Source: Octopus sinensis | Taxonomy: Eukaryota | Reading direction: 5' to 3' | Length of the DNA stretch: 64,000 nucleotides | NCBI RefSeq assembly: GCF_006345805.1 | Contig: NC_043003.1 | Location: 868,001-932,000 of the forward strand | Shown: piece by piece, positions 62,062-64,000 of the stretch | How the letters are laid out: each line of letters opens with the position of its first letter | How positions within the stretch are numbered: position 1 is the stretch's first letter | Translations under genes and position numbers: made by a program | Notes under the pieces: generated by a model | Databases searched by the model: none | The model's input: the letters and a program-made list of their open reading frames with translations, nothing else | What the model was told of the DNA's origin: nothing

Positions 62062-63140
62062 TTCTTTTATTTGTTTCTGTCATTTGACTGCGGCCATGCT
62101 GGAGCACCGCCTTTAGTCGAGCAAATCGACCCAAGGACTTATTCTTTATAAGCGTAATACTTATTCTATCGGTCTTTTTTATCGAACCGCTGATATATGA
62201 GGACGTTAACACACCAGCATCGGTTGTCAAGCGATGTTGGGGGAGAAACACAGACACTCAAACATACATACATACATACATACATACATACATACATACA
62301 TACATACATACATACATACATACAACATACATATATATATATATATATATTATAATATATTATATATATATATATACGATGGGCTTCTTTCAGTTTCCGT
62401 CTGCCAAATCCACTCTCAAGGCTTTGGTCGGCCCAAGCTATAGAAGACACTTGTCCAAGGTGTCATGCTGTGGGACTGAACCTGGAACCATGCTACTTAC
62501 CACACAATCACTCCTGCGCCTCTGTGTGTGTGTGGTGTGTGTGTGTGTGTGTATATATAATCTTTTACTTGTTGCAGTCATTTGACTGCAGCCATGCTGA
62601 GGCCGCTGCCTTGAAGGGTTTTAGTCGAACAAGTCGACTTCAGGATTTTCCTGTTTTTAAAGCCTGATATTTATTCTATAGGCCTCTTTTTGTCGAACCG
62701 CTATGTTACTGGATGCAAACACACCAACACCAGTTGTGAAGCCGGAGCGAAGTAAACAGAGACATAAAGACACACACACATACATGCATCACGGGCTTCC
62801 TTCAGTTTCCGTTCATTAAATCCACTCACAAAGCTTTGGGCGGCCCGTAGCTATAATAGAACAGACTTGGCCAAGGTCCCACTGCGTGACACCTTGGGCA
62901 AGTCAATTCTCGGAACCATTTGGCCGGGAAGCTAACGTCTTACCACACAGCCACGTCTGCGTCTATAAAGCTACGCCACGCTACGACGGGCTTCTTTCAG
63001 TTTCCGTCTACCAAATCTACTCACAAGGCTTTGATCAGCCAGAGGATGTAGTAGAAGACAATTGCCCAAGTCGCCACACAGCGGGATTGAAACTGGAACC
63101 ATGTGGTTGGGAAACAAGCTTCTTACCACAGACCCACACT
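62062..63140 (-). mobile_element. Three tandem SINE-A copies
   Basis: About 62062-62510, 62555-62880 and 62900-63140, all on the minus strand. Confidence 0.8.
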
Positions 63141-63239
63141 TGCGAATATTCTTTGTCTTCAGCTCTGGGACTCTTAAGTGACCAAGATCACAACGTTCCC
63201 TCTGAACAGGACACGGGTCAGTTACAGTGCTCAAGGCTT

Positions 63240-63410
63240 GTAATTTTGAGGGGAGGGGACAAACTTTACTGGTACTCTATTTTCTCGACGCGAATGGGAT
63301 GAAAGGCAAAGTCAACCTGGGCGGAATTTGAACTCAGAACGTAAGAAGCCGAAAGAAACGCCGCTATGCATTTTCTCTGGCGTGCTAACACTTCTGCCAT
63401 CTCGCCCCAC
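63240..63410 (-). mobile_element. SINE-B
   Basis: gaaaggcaaagtcaacctgggcggaatttgaactcagaacgt. Confidence 0.75.
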
Positions 63411-64000
63411 CTTATTATGAACATTACCTAATAAATGAAACACGGGTTCGTCTGCTCGCTGCTCCCACGATGCTTATGGGAGAGCTCGGTCAGACGGCAA
63501 CAGGTGCCAGAAATAGACGAAAGAATGCCGCAAGAATAAAAACCCCAGCACCCCAAAGACATCTTGTCAGAATAAAACATCGCATTTACCGATGTCTCTC
63601 AAGCTGGGTGTGGTGCCGTATGCGACTAGGAAGGCGATGGCCTCTATAAGCGGGATTGGTGGTGGTGGTGATGTTGATGATGATGGTGAAGATGATGATG
63701 TCGATGATGATGAAGATGATGTTGTTATTGATGATGTTGGTGATGATGATGATGATGTTGTTGTGGTGTTGGTGTTGGTAGTTGATGATGATGATGATGA
63801 TGATGACGATGACGATGATGATGATGAGGATGAGGCTGATGGTGATGCAGCTCAGTCAAACCTTTCGGAAAGCACGGTAGTCGATTGCGTTAACCCCAAA
63901 CGAAGGCCGCGTGAACCGGTGGATAGAGAAACTGACCGAGCAATAGTGTGGCCACAGTTTGTGACCAGCCAACAGAAAAAGAAAAAAAAAAACCTCTTTT

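Overview
AT-rich, microsatellite-dense animal genomic DNA, most likely octopus or another coleoid cephalopod. That assignment is an inference from the SINE families and composition, not a database result. No complete host gene can be recognised. Almost every long entry in the ORF track is a translated microsatellite or a transposon remnant. The window is a layered archive of mobile elements. It holds about 45 copies or fragments of four tRNA-headed SINE groups (my labels SINE-A to D), LINE remnants (CR1, RTE, Tx1/L1-like, R4/Dong-like), a full-length decayed mariner with further mariner, Tigger and hAT/Buster fragments and MITEs, and non-autonomous Helitron-like elements. There is also a 100-N scaffold gap. 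Four weak host-exon candidates and two promoter-like patches are noted. The most unusual signals are three. (1) Penelope-type minimal hammerhead ribozyme motifs occur on a tRNA-headed short element, with one motif intact. (2) A 1.1-kb palindrome-of-palindromes carries a hammerhead-like motif in each loop. (3) SINE heads and tails appear in a 2x3 mix-and-match set. Boundaries were read by eye and are approximate (+/-10-20 bp) unless exact motifs are quoted.
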